Positions 1 through 8,496 of a DNA stretch of 64,000 nucleotides are shown here, piece by piece (within the stretch, counting starts at the first letter, position 1; each line of letters begins with the position of its first letter). Location: the NCBI GenBank assembly GCA_965206845.1, contig OZ242221.1, positions 128,001 to 192,000 on the forward strand. Direction: 5' to 3'. This stretch comes from Cenarchaeum sp. (GTDB lineage: Archaea > Thermoproteota > Nitrososphaeria > Nitrososphaerales > Nitrosopumilaceae). The notes beneath the pieces were generated by a model, which had not been told where the DNA came from, did not search any database, and saw only the letters and a list, made by a program, of their open reading frames with translations. The position numbers and the translations under genes are program-made.

Positions 1-279
1 GCAAGCCGGGCTCCCGGATCTGCTGCGTGCAGCAATGCCGGCTAGGGGTGCATCACACGACCGGCGACGTACGCGGTATGAGGAGATGCAACCGAGTCGG
101 CGGCACCATGTGCATGGCCTGCCAGCGGATCCTGAAGAAGGCTTCGATCCACCGTCGGCGGCAATCGGGGAGAGACTGACAGGGGGCGCCGGATCGTGCA
201 TCAGGCACAACCCAGGTTGGCAGTGCCGCCGGGTGTAGGCAGGGGCACACTTAAAAAAAATCCAGATACACAGCATACC

Positions 280-504
280 ATGACAGAATCAGATGCGGTA
301 AAGCGCGGGAAGCGGTGCCTTCTAGAGGGCAGGTACGAGGATGCGCTGTCCATCTTTGAGCAGGCTCTGCTGCTTGACGAGAACAACCCCGACGTATGGA
401 ACTGCAAGGGCGCCGCGCTGAGAAGCATGGGCAGGTACAATGAAGCCAACGAATGCTTTGACAGGGCCCTGAAGATCGATCCCCGGGACAGGAACTCGTC
501 CTGA
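280..504 (+). CDS. small TPR-repeat protein
   Basis: TPR consensus (GRYEDALSIFEQAL...NPDVWNCKGAAL...GRYNEANECFDRALKIDP); ATG at 280 preferred over the ORF-track start. Confidence 0.8.
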   Translation: MTESDAVKRGKRCLLEGRYEDALSIFEQALLLDENNPDVWNCKGAALRSMGRYNEANECFDRALKIDPRDRNSS

Positions 505-620
505 CCGTGTGTCCAAACCGGACTGCGTCCCCGGTACTTACACAGTGTGCCAGAATGATCCCCGCTGGCTTCAAATCCGGCACACCAATCTATATCTTGG
601 AGTAACAGGATCATACACAG

Positions 621-1097
621 ATGGCCGACAGCGTCAGCGATCTGCTGAACCGGGCAGACGAGAGCGTGCAGGACGGGGATCTCCGGGGCGCCCTAATCTG
701 CTATGATCACATATTTGAGATCGAGCCAGACAATGTGGATGCCATGACTAACAAGGGCGTAACCATGCTGGCCATGGGGCGCCCCAAGGAAGCCGCCCTA
801 CTTCACAAGACGGCGCTGGAGATGGAGCCCGGAAACTTTGATGTCCTGCTGAACATGGGCGCTGCACTCCATTCACTAAATGAGTACGATGCCGCCATAC
901 GGCACTACGATCTGGCGCTGAGGATAGATAGCAGATCCGCTACGGCACTGGCATACAAGGCGCTCTCCCTGGCAGAGCAGGGAAGGACAGCCGAGGCGCT
1001 CGCTACCTTTGAGCGATCGCTGGAGGCAGACGGCGACTACGACCTACCGCGCACAGGCATCGAGGCCATCAAGCGCATGAATCTCAGAACACGGTAA
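621..1097 (+). CDS. TPR-repeat protein
   Basis: About 4 TPR motifs (AMTNKGVTM, VLLNMGAALH, ALAYKALSL). Confidence 0.85.
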   Translation: MADSVSDLLNRADESVQDGDLRGALICYDHIFEIEPDNVDAMTNKGVTMLAMGRPKEAALLHKTALEMEPGNFDVLLNMGAALHSLNEYDAAIRHYDLALRIDSRSATALAYKALSLAEQGRTAEALATFERSLEADGDYDLPRTGIEAIKRMNLRTR

Positions 1098-1257
1098 CAT
1101 CGCCGGGGGCCGGCTCCCGCCGGGTTTGCTCCGCGTGGGACTCGAAGAACTCCCGGTGCTCTGCCTGCTGATGCTCCCGGAGCTCCTCGATATTCCCAAA
1201 CCCCGCGTGGCAGAGAAAGCACTTTGGATCGTCTTCGTTTACTAGTGGAAGAACCAT
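1084..1257 (-). CDS. 57-aa C2H2 zinc-finger microprotein (not in ORF track)
   Basis: Manual translation MVLPLVNEDDPKCFLCHAGFGNIEELREHQQAEHREFFESHAEQTRREPAPGDVTVF*; CxxC-x12-H-x4-H with the canonical F and L; AT-rich box about 25-35 nt upstream. Confidence 0.8.
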   Translation of the reverse strand: MVLPLVNEDDPKCFLCHAGFGNIEELREHQQAEHREFFESHAEQTRREPAPGDVTVF

Positions 1258-1330
1258 AAGGTGCGCAGCAGTGCAGCGTAATTAATCTTATATGCTTTGG
1301 TAGATCGTGTGGGGTGCCGCCTAGTGCGCG

Positions 1331-3013
1331 TCATGCGACAGATTGTGTAACATATGGGGGAATTACATACAAAAGTAAACCGGTACTTTTGCCTTTTTCT
1401 GGCGCTCCGGCGATCCCTCCCACGCGTGGCTCTTGCGTGTTGTTTGCGGAGCGTCCGGGAGCAATCCCGGCCTGGAATCTCGCGCCTTTGGACGACGTTC
1501 CCCGCCGCCCTGCCGCCGCCCTGGCGGCAATGTTATGCGCGGCATTGACGTCCGCGTTGATGTGGCATTCGCATTTGTGATTCGTGCATATGAACTCGGC
1601 CTGCGACACGCGGGAGCCTTTGTCCCTGCGGCCGCACATGTGGCATGTGGTGCTCGTGCCCCCCGGATAAACGGAGATTACCTTCACGCCAGCGTTCGCG
1701 CATGCGCCCTCGATCCGCCTTTGGAACGTCCCCGGCCTGGAGTATGCCATCTCGCGGTTGAGCCCCGTCTTGGCGGAGCTCCCCCTACCCTTGGCCCTGG
1801 CTGTCATGTTCTTGACTTTCAGGTCCTCAACAACCACCGTGCCGGCGCCGTCGGCTATCCTCTTGGACGCGTGCCGCTCCCGATCCGTCTGGCGGTTGGC
1901 GACCTTTTCCCGCCTCTTCCGGATCCTCCTTTGGAGCTCCTTGTAGCCCCGTGACTTGGGCTTCCTTGGCCTGTTATGCCTAGCCTTCATGTTGGTGCGG
2001 TCCTGCCCGCCTGTCTTGTCCTGCCTGCCGGACTTGCCGATCTGCCTGATGCGCCGGTTGCCGCTCCCTCCCCTCTTTCGCGAGAGCTCCGCGCACATCC
2101 TCGATATGTCGTCGTTCTTCGTCCTCCTGCAGCCGTCCGGGATGTCGTGGAACTCCGTATATCCGGTGTCCAGGTCAACGGTGGTGGCGCTGTGGACTAT
2201 GCCCATGTCTACTCCCCTTATGACGTCGCATTCCACGGACTTTGGCGCCTCCACCCTTGCCTGGACGTGGAGGCGGTACGTCCTATTGTGGTCCCCGGTG
2301 CGCCTCGTTGTCTTCTTCGTCGTCTCGACGAGCTGGAAGGATCGCATGTCGAGCCCCTCCACGTCGCCGTGCACCCTTACCGTGCCTATGCCGGGAAGAT
2401 GCAGCAGGCCTCCGCCCTTGGGCACCGGCCTCTCGAACACGCACAGCGCCTGCCTTTCGCCTTTTTTCCTGAACAGGCCGTTGGCGCGGCTCCAGCGGTT
2501 CCTCTTGCCGTTCCATTTGTTAGGCGGCAAATTTGCTGCCGTGCCGATATCCTTGACCCCCTCGCTTTCCCTGTCGCGCCTGGACAGGTTTTTCCACATG
2601 ATCTTGTTGGAGCGCTTCTTGGCGTTTGATTCCATGAACTTTTGCACCGCGTCCAGCCCCTGCCTGAGGCCGGCCCGCTGCACCCTGCCGTTGCCGGCTT
2701 GCCGGATGCCGGCCGCCTGTGCGCCGTCATCACGGACGAGCCACCGGTTGGCGTTTCTTCATTTGGTGAGCATGCCGCAGAGATCATAGAATGTCACGTC
2801 AGGGCTCCTGAGCACCTCCCGGACTGCCATGTTGTACGCCCACCTTTGCTGGACAATGAGGCGCGATACGAGGACGGAAAGATCCCCGGACTGGCCAAAG
2901 TCCGTTTTTATGGTGCGGACCATCGTGCCCTTCATTGCGGGCTTTGGCTTCGCTTCGGGCGCCGGTGCAGTTGCCGGCGCGGTTGCCGCCACTGCCGTAG
3001 TGACTGATTTCAT
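1331..3013 (-). pseudogene. tnpB: TnpB-family RNA-guided endonuclease interrupted by one in-frame TGA (2759-2761)
   Basis: ORFs 2759..3025 and 1331..2683 share a frame; N-terminal RWAYNMA; RuvC-I RGVDMG, RuvC-II VVEDL, zinc finger CHMC...CTNHKC, RuvC-III NADVNAAHNI; junction reads LTK*RNA. Confidence 0.85.
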
Positions 3014-3200
3014 TACCGCGAGCATATGTCAAATGTGTATAAAAGCGCCGCGACGATACCATGCAGACTATACAGGCCATGCGGACAGTCCGCACTGTCA
3101 TGGCCATCCATGCCGCCGCGCCGGTATCGCGCAAGGACTGCGCGTGGGAGGGGGCGCCAGAAAAAGACAGAAGTGTCGTTTACTTTTGTATGTAATTCCC
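1358..3200 (-). mobile_element. non-autonomous TIR element carrying only tnpB (IS1595-like ends inferred)
   Basis: 23-bp perfect TIR GGGAATTACATACAAAAGTAAAC (1358-1380 / 3178-3200), imperfect to about 70-80 bp; flanks ACATATGG (1350-1357) and GCATATGG (3201-3208) give a 7/8 direct repeat; no transposase ORF inside. Confidence 0.8.
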
Positions 3201-3248
3201 GCATATGGCCTATCAAGGCATATATTTACAGATGTACCTCTTGGACGC

Positions 3249-4346
3249 ATGCTAGAGCAGCTTGTATCCCGATCTGCGGAGCTGGACAAGGCAGCAGCCG
3301 GGGAAGAGCTGAGCGCAAAAGACGGCCTGGAGCTGATGAAGTACGACAACCTGCACATGCTGGGTGCGGTAGCCGACAGGGCGAGGCAGCAGGCTGTAGG
3401 CGACACGGTAACATTTGTCGCATCATACTACATGAACTACACAAACGTATGCGCCGCCAGCTGCCAGATGTGCGCATTTTACAGGAAAGGCAGCGAGGAT
3501 GACGCATACACGCTCTCGCCCGGCCAGATAGAACAGCGAGTTGCCACAGCAGAGCAGATGGGCGCCACCGAGGTTCACATAGTGGGAGGGTTCCATCCAG
3601 ATCTGCCGCTTGAGTACTACGAGGACATGATGCGAACGATAAAGGGCAGTCACCCCAGGATGAACATCAAGGCTTTTACAGCCGCCGAGATCTTTTATCT
3701 CTCAAAGCTTACCAAAAACTCAGTAAAGGAGATACTGCACCGCCTCAAGGACGCGGGCCTCGACACAATGCCAGGGGGCGGAGCCGAGCTCTTCCACCCC
3801 GACGTCAGGAAGAGAATAGTCAGAGGCAAATGCTCCGGTCAGGAGTGGTTGGACACTATCGAGCAGGCACATCTCATGGGAATAAGAAGCAACGTCACAA
3901 TGCTCTACGGGCATGTGGAGGAGCCAGCACACATAGTAGATCATCTCATCAAGATAAGGGAACTGCAGAGGAAAACAGGCGGTTTTATCACAATGATCCC
4001 GTTAAAGTTCAGCCTCGACAACACGGAGCTGGAGAAGACGGGCCATGTGACTCGCGAGTGCTCGTCGCTTTACGACCTCCGCATAGTGGCCCTATCGCGC
4101 CTCATGCTGGCAGGCTCCATAGACAACATCTCGGTGTACTGGGTTGCATACGGCAAGAAGCTGGCCCAGGTCGCACTCCTAAACGGGGGGAGTGATCTGG
4201 TCGGAACCGCGTTCTCTGAAGAGATATACCGTGCTGCAGGCAAGCCCACCGCATCATCTGTCATGGAGCTGGCAGACATGGCTCGCGAGATTGGTAGAAG
4301 ACCCGTTCGGCGAGACACCTTCTTTCGAACCCTAGAATCGTTCTAG
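3249..4346 (+). CDS. mqnE: CofH/MqnC/MqnE-family radical SAM enzyme, probably aminofutalosine synthase
   Basis: CxxxCxxC (NVCAASCQMC), MPGGGAELF, TMLYGHVE, IPLKF; mqnD nearby; ATG 3249 has a TATA-like box about 28 nt upstream. Confidence 0.7.
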   Translation: MLEQLVSRSAELDKAAAGEELSAKDGLELMKYDNLHMLGAVADRARQQAVGDTVTFVASYYMNYTNVCAASCQMCAFYRKGSEDDAYTLSPGQIEQRVATAEQMGATEVHIVGGFHPDLPLEYYEDMMRTIKGSHPRMNIKAFTAAEIFYLSKLTKNSVKEILHRLKDAGLDTMPGGGAELFHPDVRKRIVRGKCSGQEWLDTIEQAHLMGIRSNVTMLYGHVEEPAHIVDHLIKIRELQRKTGGFITMIPLKFSLDNTELEKTGHVTRECSSLYDLRIVALSRLMLAGSIDNISVYWVAYGKKLAQVALLNGGSDLVGTAFSEEIYRAAGKPTASSVMELADMAREIGRRPVRRDTFFRTLESF

Positions 4347-4643
4347 GTGCGCCTTTGCCGATTCCACCTTATCTTCCAGTCTCGTCTGCCTGTCGCTCCT
4401 CGAGTCAATCTTCAGCACCACCTCGACTCTGGCAACCCCTAGGCTGTGTACCGCCTCCATCATCCTCTCCGACGCCTCATATATCCTTCTGATGCTGTCT
4501 GATTCGAGCAGTGTGCCCATGGCAGTCAGATGGTATCTAATGCCATTCATCTCCTGCAGCACCTCTAGTGCCCGCGCAATGTAGAAGCTGGTGCTGGTCG
4601 AGCCGGTTCCTATGGGATAGATGCTTATCTCTGCATGAATCAC
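4332..4643 (-). CDS. MTH1187/YkoF-type thiamine-binding family protein
   Basis: AEISIYPIGT...Y.LTAMGTLLE...KIDSRSD...LEDKVES pattern. Confidence 0.85.
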   Translation of the reverse strand: MIHAEISIYPIGTGSTSTSFYIARALEVLQEMNGIRYHLTAMGTLLESDSIRRIYEASERMMEAVHSLGVARVEVVLKIDSRSDRQTRLEDKVESAKAHLERF

Positions 4644-4678
4644 AACATATTCCTGCGGCCGTATGGTTAAATCTTTGA

Positions 4679-4987
4679 CTATGTAACGGGCTTCTTCTCT
4701 ATCTTCTTTGCCCCGCTCCCGCTCTTTCTTCGCGCTCCAAAGGAGATCAGCACCAGTAGGAACCCAGCGCCCGCAAGTATTCCTGCCAGCGTGCTCAGAT
4801 CCCGGTTTTCCTGCTGGGACACAATCAGGTCAAAGGCTTCCTCGTCGGTCATGCCAGGAACCCCGATGGGCATGATATAACCAAGCAGCGCCAGCATGCC
4901 GATTCCCACTGCAAGCATGGCCAGCCCGCCAAACAGAATCTTTCCATCTATCAGAACCATATCCTGCCATATCTGGTCGCGCATCAT
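4679..4987 (-). CDS. small membrane protein, 2 TM (start uncertain)
   Basis: Two hydrophobic segments and a basic C-terminus. Confidence 0.65.
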   Translation of the reverse strand: MMRDQIWQDMVLIDGKILFGGLAMLAVGIGMLALLGYIMPIGVPGMTDEEAFDLIVSQQENRDLSTLAGILAGAGFLLVLISFGARRKSGSGAKKIEKKPVT

Positions 4988-5009
4988 ATTTTAGGTGTTC
5001 CCGAAAATC

Positions 5010-6218
5010 GGGGTTGGTGCGTAATTCTCCGAACCGCCTAGACCAGTCCGATACGTTCAATGATCCGCGATCTCCCGCACGCGGCAATGAGCGAACACAA
5101 CAGACGGGAAGGATACTGGCAGTACTATGAACTGGCAAAGGAAGTCGAGGCACCTAGTCTGAAGAGGACGCTGATCGAGATAATCCGGGAGAACCCTTGC
5201 CCGCGCCGAGAAAACGGCAACAGGGGCCGTCCCCCGGTTCACTCCAAGGAGAAACTGGACTTTGCCTGTCTGCTGATGATGGCAGGCAACAACACCTATC
5301 GCGGAGTCGAATCGGACCTGCGAGGCATGCGGACACCATGGGACAACGAGCCCGTCCCGGACCATACCACATTGGTCAGGCACCTCCAGACGATACCGGC
5401 AGACTGGCTCGATCTGATCGTGGCCGAGACGGCCCGCCGTTGCATCAAGGAGGCGGACGAGGCGACGGGCCCGCTGGGAGCCGACAGCAGCGCGGCGGAG
5501 ACCACTAGGTACGAATATGTCGAGAGGCCAAGCAGGAAGGAGCGCGACTTCGTCGAGACACGCCAAAAGACCTACTGGAAATACCACATAACGGCCATCT
5601 TGGGCCTGCAGATCGTGCTGGCGGCGTTTACCACGCCCGGCAACATCAACGACACGACCATGCTTCCAGTCATGCTGGCTGAGATCAGGCGTCGCGGGTT
5701 TGACTTTGCGGGGAATTTCTTTGACGGGGACAAGGGGTACGACTCTGACTACAACTGCGAGCTGCTGTTCTGGATGGGCATGATCCCCAACATCAAGCAA
5801 CGGAAGGATGCTGTCAACCGTGGCAAGTCGCACAGGAGGAAGGCAGCTGGCATGTTCAGCGATAGCGAGTACAGAAAGAGGGCCCTGATAGAGGGCATCT
5901 TCGGGGCCGAGGAGACCCGGCGGCACCAGCTGCACTGCCGGTTCGTTCGGGAGGACAACCGGCGCCGGTTCGCCAAGGGAAGGGCGATCGCTTGGAACAT
6001 CCGGGTCCTCAACCGGTTCGAGTGCGCCAACCGGCTAAACATACCGATACCCTCCTACGGCGGCATGGCGCACGTGGAGTGCGCCTGATGATCCGACCCG
6101 TCAGTAGCTGATCACGGCGTGCGGGCAACAAAAGCCCGACACACACCAAAGCACCGCCGGTGAAGATGCGGTGGGAGACACACATGAGCAGGACGGAGCA
6201 GAATTACGCACCAACCCC
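5010..6218 (+). mobile_element. IS5-like insertion sequence, complete
   Basis: TIR GGGGTTGGTGCGTAATTCT (5010-5028) / AGAATTACGCACCAACCCC (6200-6218); 9-bp TSD CCGAAAATC (5001-5009, 6219-6227). Confidence 0.92.
5060..6088 (+). CDS. DDE transposase (IS5/IS4-like)
   Basis: PDHTTL, GADSS, GDKGYDS, YRKRALIEGIFG. Confidence 0.9.
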   Translation: MIRDLPHAAMSEHNRREGYWQYYELAKEVEAPSLKRTLIEIIRENPCPRRENGNRGRPPVHSKEKLDFACLLMMAGNNTYRGVESDLRGMRTPWDNEPVPDHTTLVRHLQTIPADWLDLIVAETARRCIKEADEATGPLGADSSAAETTRYEYVERPSRKERDFVETRQKTYWKYHITAILGLQIVLAAFTTPGNINDTTMLPVMLAEIRRRGFDFAGNFFDGDKGYDSDYNCELLFWMGMIPNIKQRKDAVNRGKSHRRKAAGMFSDSEYRKRALIEGIFGAEETRRHQLHCRFVREDNRRRFAKGRAIAWNIRVLNRFECANRLNIPIPSYGGMAHVECA

Positions 6219-6324
6219 CCGAAAATCTGAAGACTGCAAAGTCGCTTGCTGCACCAAATCAGGGACAGTAACTCTTCTGGATGTGCATCTTCGCGCCTAG
6301 GCCCGGAGCGCAGTCCCGCTCAGA

Positions 6325-7155
6325 CTAGAGCACTGGGGCAAACTTCAGTTCAAAGCCAGGCACCAAATCCTGCTTCCGAGCCATCTCGAACATTCTTCGA
6401 ATGGACTCTTCGCCGGAGCTGCCCATGTCTACGGTTCTGTCATTTACGTACATACTGACAAATTTTGCGATAAGATCCCGGGACTTGCCCCTCCCGTATC
6501 CCATGGCGTAATCCAGCGCATCATCAAAGTGATCAAGGCCGTACACTATCGAGTCGTGAAGGTACCAGTCAAACCTGTGAATCACATCGTCTTCCAGGCC
6601 GGCCCTCATCACGTTGATCCCCAGCGGAACGGGAAGCCCACCGGTGGTCTCATCCCACCATCTGCCGACATCGGCGATCTTTACGTTTCCCTCCTGGCCG
6701 TACGACAGCTGCGTCTCGTGTATTACGAGTCCTGCATCAACCCTGCCCTCCCGGACAGCCTCCGGAATGTCGCTAAAGTTCATCTCCACGTACTCGAACT
6801 TGCCGATCATCAGCTGCAGTAGCAGGAATGACGATGTCATCCTGCCAGGAATGGCTATCCTGCGCTTTCCTATCTCGTCAAGCGACACTTCACTGCGGGC
6901 AGTTACAATCGGCCCGTAGTTTATTCCAAAGCTGCCGCCGCTACGCAGTATGGTGTAATCAGGAGCATACGCGCATGCATGAACCGACACTGCGGTAACA
7001 TCAAGATCCGGATGCCTCGCCCGTCGGTTGAGCGCCTCGATGTCCTCGATTACGTGCCGTATGGCAAAGCCTGCCTCCGGGATGCGGCCGTCAAGCATAC
7101 CGTAAAACATGAACGCGTCATCCGAGTCTGGCGTGTGTCCCACGGTTATGTCCAC
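6325..7155 (-). CDS. mqnD: 1,4-dihydroxy-6-naphthoate synthase (MqnA/MqnD family)
   Basis: GHTPDSDDAFMF, DIEALN, YGPIV, AGLVIHE, GLPVPLG, MYVN; GTG start at 7155 inferred. Confidence 0.85.
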   Translation of the reverse strand: MDITVGHTPDSDDAFMFYGMLDGRIPEAGFAIRHVIEDIEALNRRARHPDLDVTAVSVHACAYAPDYTILRSGGSFGINYGPIVTARSEVSLDEIGKRRIAIPGRMTSSFLLLQLMIGKFEYVEMNFSDIPEAVREGRVDAGLVIHETQLSYGQEGNVKIADVGRWWDETTGGLPVPLGINVMRAGLEDDVIHRFDWYLHDSIVYGLDHFDDALDYAMGYGRGKSRDLIAKFVSMYVNDRTVDMGSSGEESIRRMFEMARKQDLVPGFELKFAPVL

Positions 7156-7321
7156 ACGGCAAATCTGCACACAGGTAATAAAAACCAAATTTACGCGCCA
7201 GCGGCACAGGGCTGCCTGCCCCACCGGACGCAGAACCCCAGATACAGATTTGCCTCACGGCGAGGTTTGAATCTGGTCGAGCACGACCGATGAGAGCTCA
7301 GGGTTCTAATATCTGAACGGC

Positions 7322-8239
7322 ATGTGGAGTGCAGTGAGCATCAGTTCCATGGAGCACGAGATCGGGCTACAGATGGAGTACCTTGAGGAGTTTGAGCCCC
7401 AGGAGCCGCTCTGTGAGGCGAGCCAGAGGAGTGCCATCTTCTGCGGCAACGGAGACTCGCTGTCGTCGGCCATGCTTGCAAGAGCCCACTCGAGTCTCAA
7501 GGTCAGAGTTGCGGATCCGCTGGACATTCTAAACAACAGAGCCATACGGGATCTATACGATCTCTTTCTAGTATCTGTATCCGGCAGAACCATCTCCAAC
7601 ATCCGGACGGCGGCCCTCGCGCGATCAGTTACTGCAATTACTGCCCGGCCAGAAAGCGAACTGGGACGGATCTGCCAGCGCACCATACCCCTGCGGTACC
7701 CCAACACCGGCGACATAACGGCAGGCACCATCAGCTTTCTGTCCAGCGCGCTGTGCTGCATATCCCTTGTCTGTCCAGTAAAGATTACGCAGTATCGTGA
7801 GATCCTCAAGAGCGCGCAGCAGCAGGCGGCAGAGGCTGCATACTGCGGCAGGGTCTTTGTACTGGGAAATCTGAAGACGTATCCCTTGGCGCTTTACGCA
7901 GTGGCCAAGCTGTACGAAGTGCTAGGATATGGGGCATCGTATCAGCGCATAGAGCAGTTTTCGCACATGGATCTCTTCTCGGCGCATTCGGGCGATACCG
8001 TTGTGATCTTTGAGCCGCCAAACAGGCACAACCGGTCTCTGGCAGAGAAGATCAGGGCCGCAGGGCTGAGCGCAATCCAGCCGACACCTCCGCTGGGCGA
8101 CGATATCTCGCAGTTTCTGTTCTATACGTTCTTCTCGCAGATGGTCGCCTTGGGCATGGCAAAGAGTGGCGGGCTGCACGATTGCCACTTTCTCACCGCA
8201 GGAGCCCTGCTGGACGCAAGCAACGAGATGATCTACTAG
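7322..8239 (+). CDS. SIS-domain sugar isomerase-like protein
   Basis: FCGNGDS, VSVSGRT, AITARPESEL, EQFSH; two SIS-like halves. Confidence 0.75.
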   Translation: MWSAVSISSMEHEIGLQMEYLEEFEPQEPLCEASQRSAIFCGNGDSLSSAMLARAHSSLKVRVADPLDILNNRAIRDLYDLFLVSVSGRTISNIRTAALARSVTAITARPESELGRICQRTIPLRYPNTGDITAGTISFLSSALCCISLVCPVKITQYREILKSAQQQAAEAAYCGRVFVLGNLKTYPLALYAVAKLYEVLGYGASYQRIEQFSHMDLFSAHSGDTVVIFEPPNRHNRSLAEKIRAAGLSAIQPTPPLGDDISQFLFYTFFSQMVALGMAKSGGLHDCHFLTAGALLDASNEMIY

Positions 8240-8496
8240 GTAGGATCACGCATACTTCAGAACTGCAATGCTGACAGGTTCGCATCCTGCAGTGCGGCTG
8301 ATGCGAAAGCGAGTTGTGCAAAGCCAGAGTGCCCAACTCGAAACATGCAGGTCACAAACAGTACATGCCTGGCTACTGCAAGCCATACATGGGGCTCTTC
8401 TGGCAGCATGTTTTCGTGCCCAAGAGGAAGAAGGCGCCACATCGCGCGTTATAATTCTCACAAGATTTAATAGCTCAAATTCAACAATTTGCACAT

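Noticed and set aside
1351-1356. CATATG at both ends read as part of the TIR or as a TA-type (IS630/Tc1) target
   Set aside because: The palindrome makes this ambiguous, but the direct-repeat reading (7/8, xCATATGG) next to a perfect GGGAATTAC end is the simplest. Not fully excluded.
2759-2761. Selenocysteine or genome-wide UGA recoding
   Set aside because: The position fits Trp rather than Cys, and many genes here end in TGA; no Sec machinery in the window.
2829-3248. 140-aa N-terminal extension of the radical SAM ORF (505 aa in the track)
   Set aside because: It is antisense to tnpB and runs through the TIR; the family-like sequence and a TATA box support ATG 3249.
5010-5028. Shared GTAATTC between the IS5-like TIR and the tnpB-element TIR, suggesting this transposase mobilises the tnpB element
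   Set aside because: Only 7 bp, in different position and orientation relative to the ends, and TSD lengths differ (9 versus 8).
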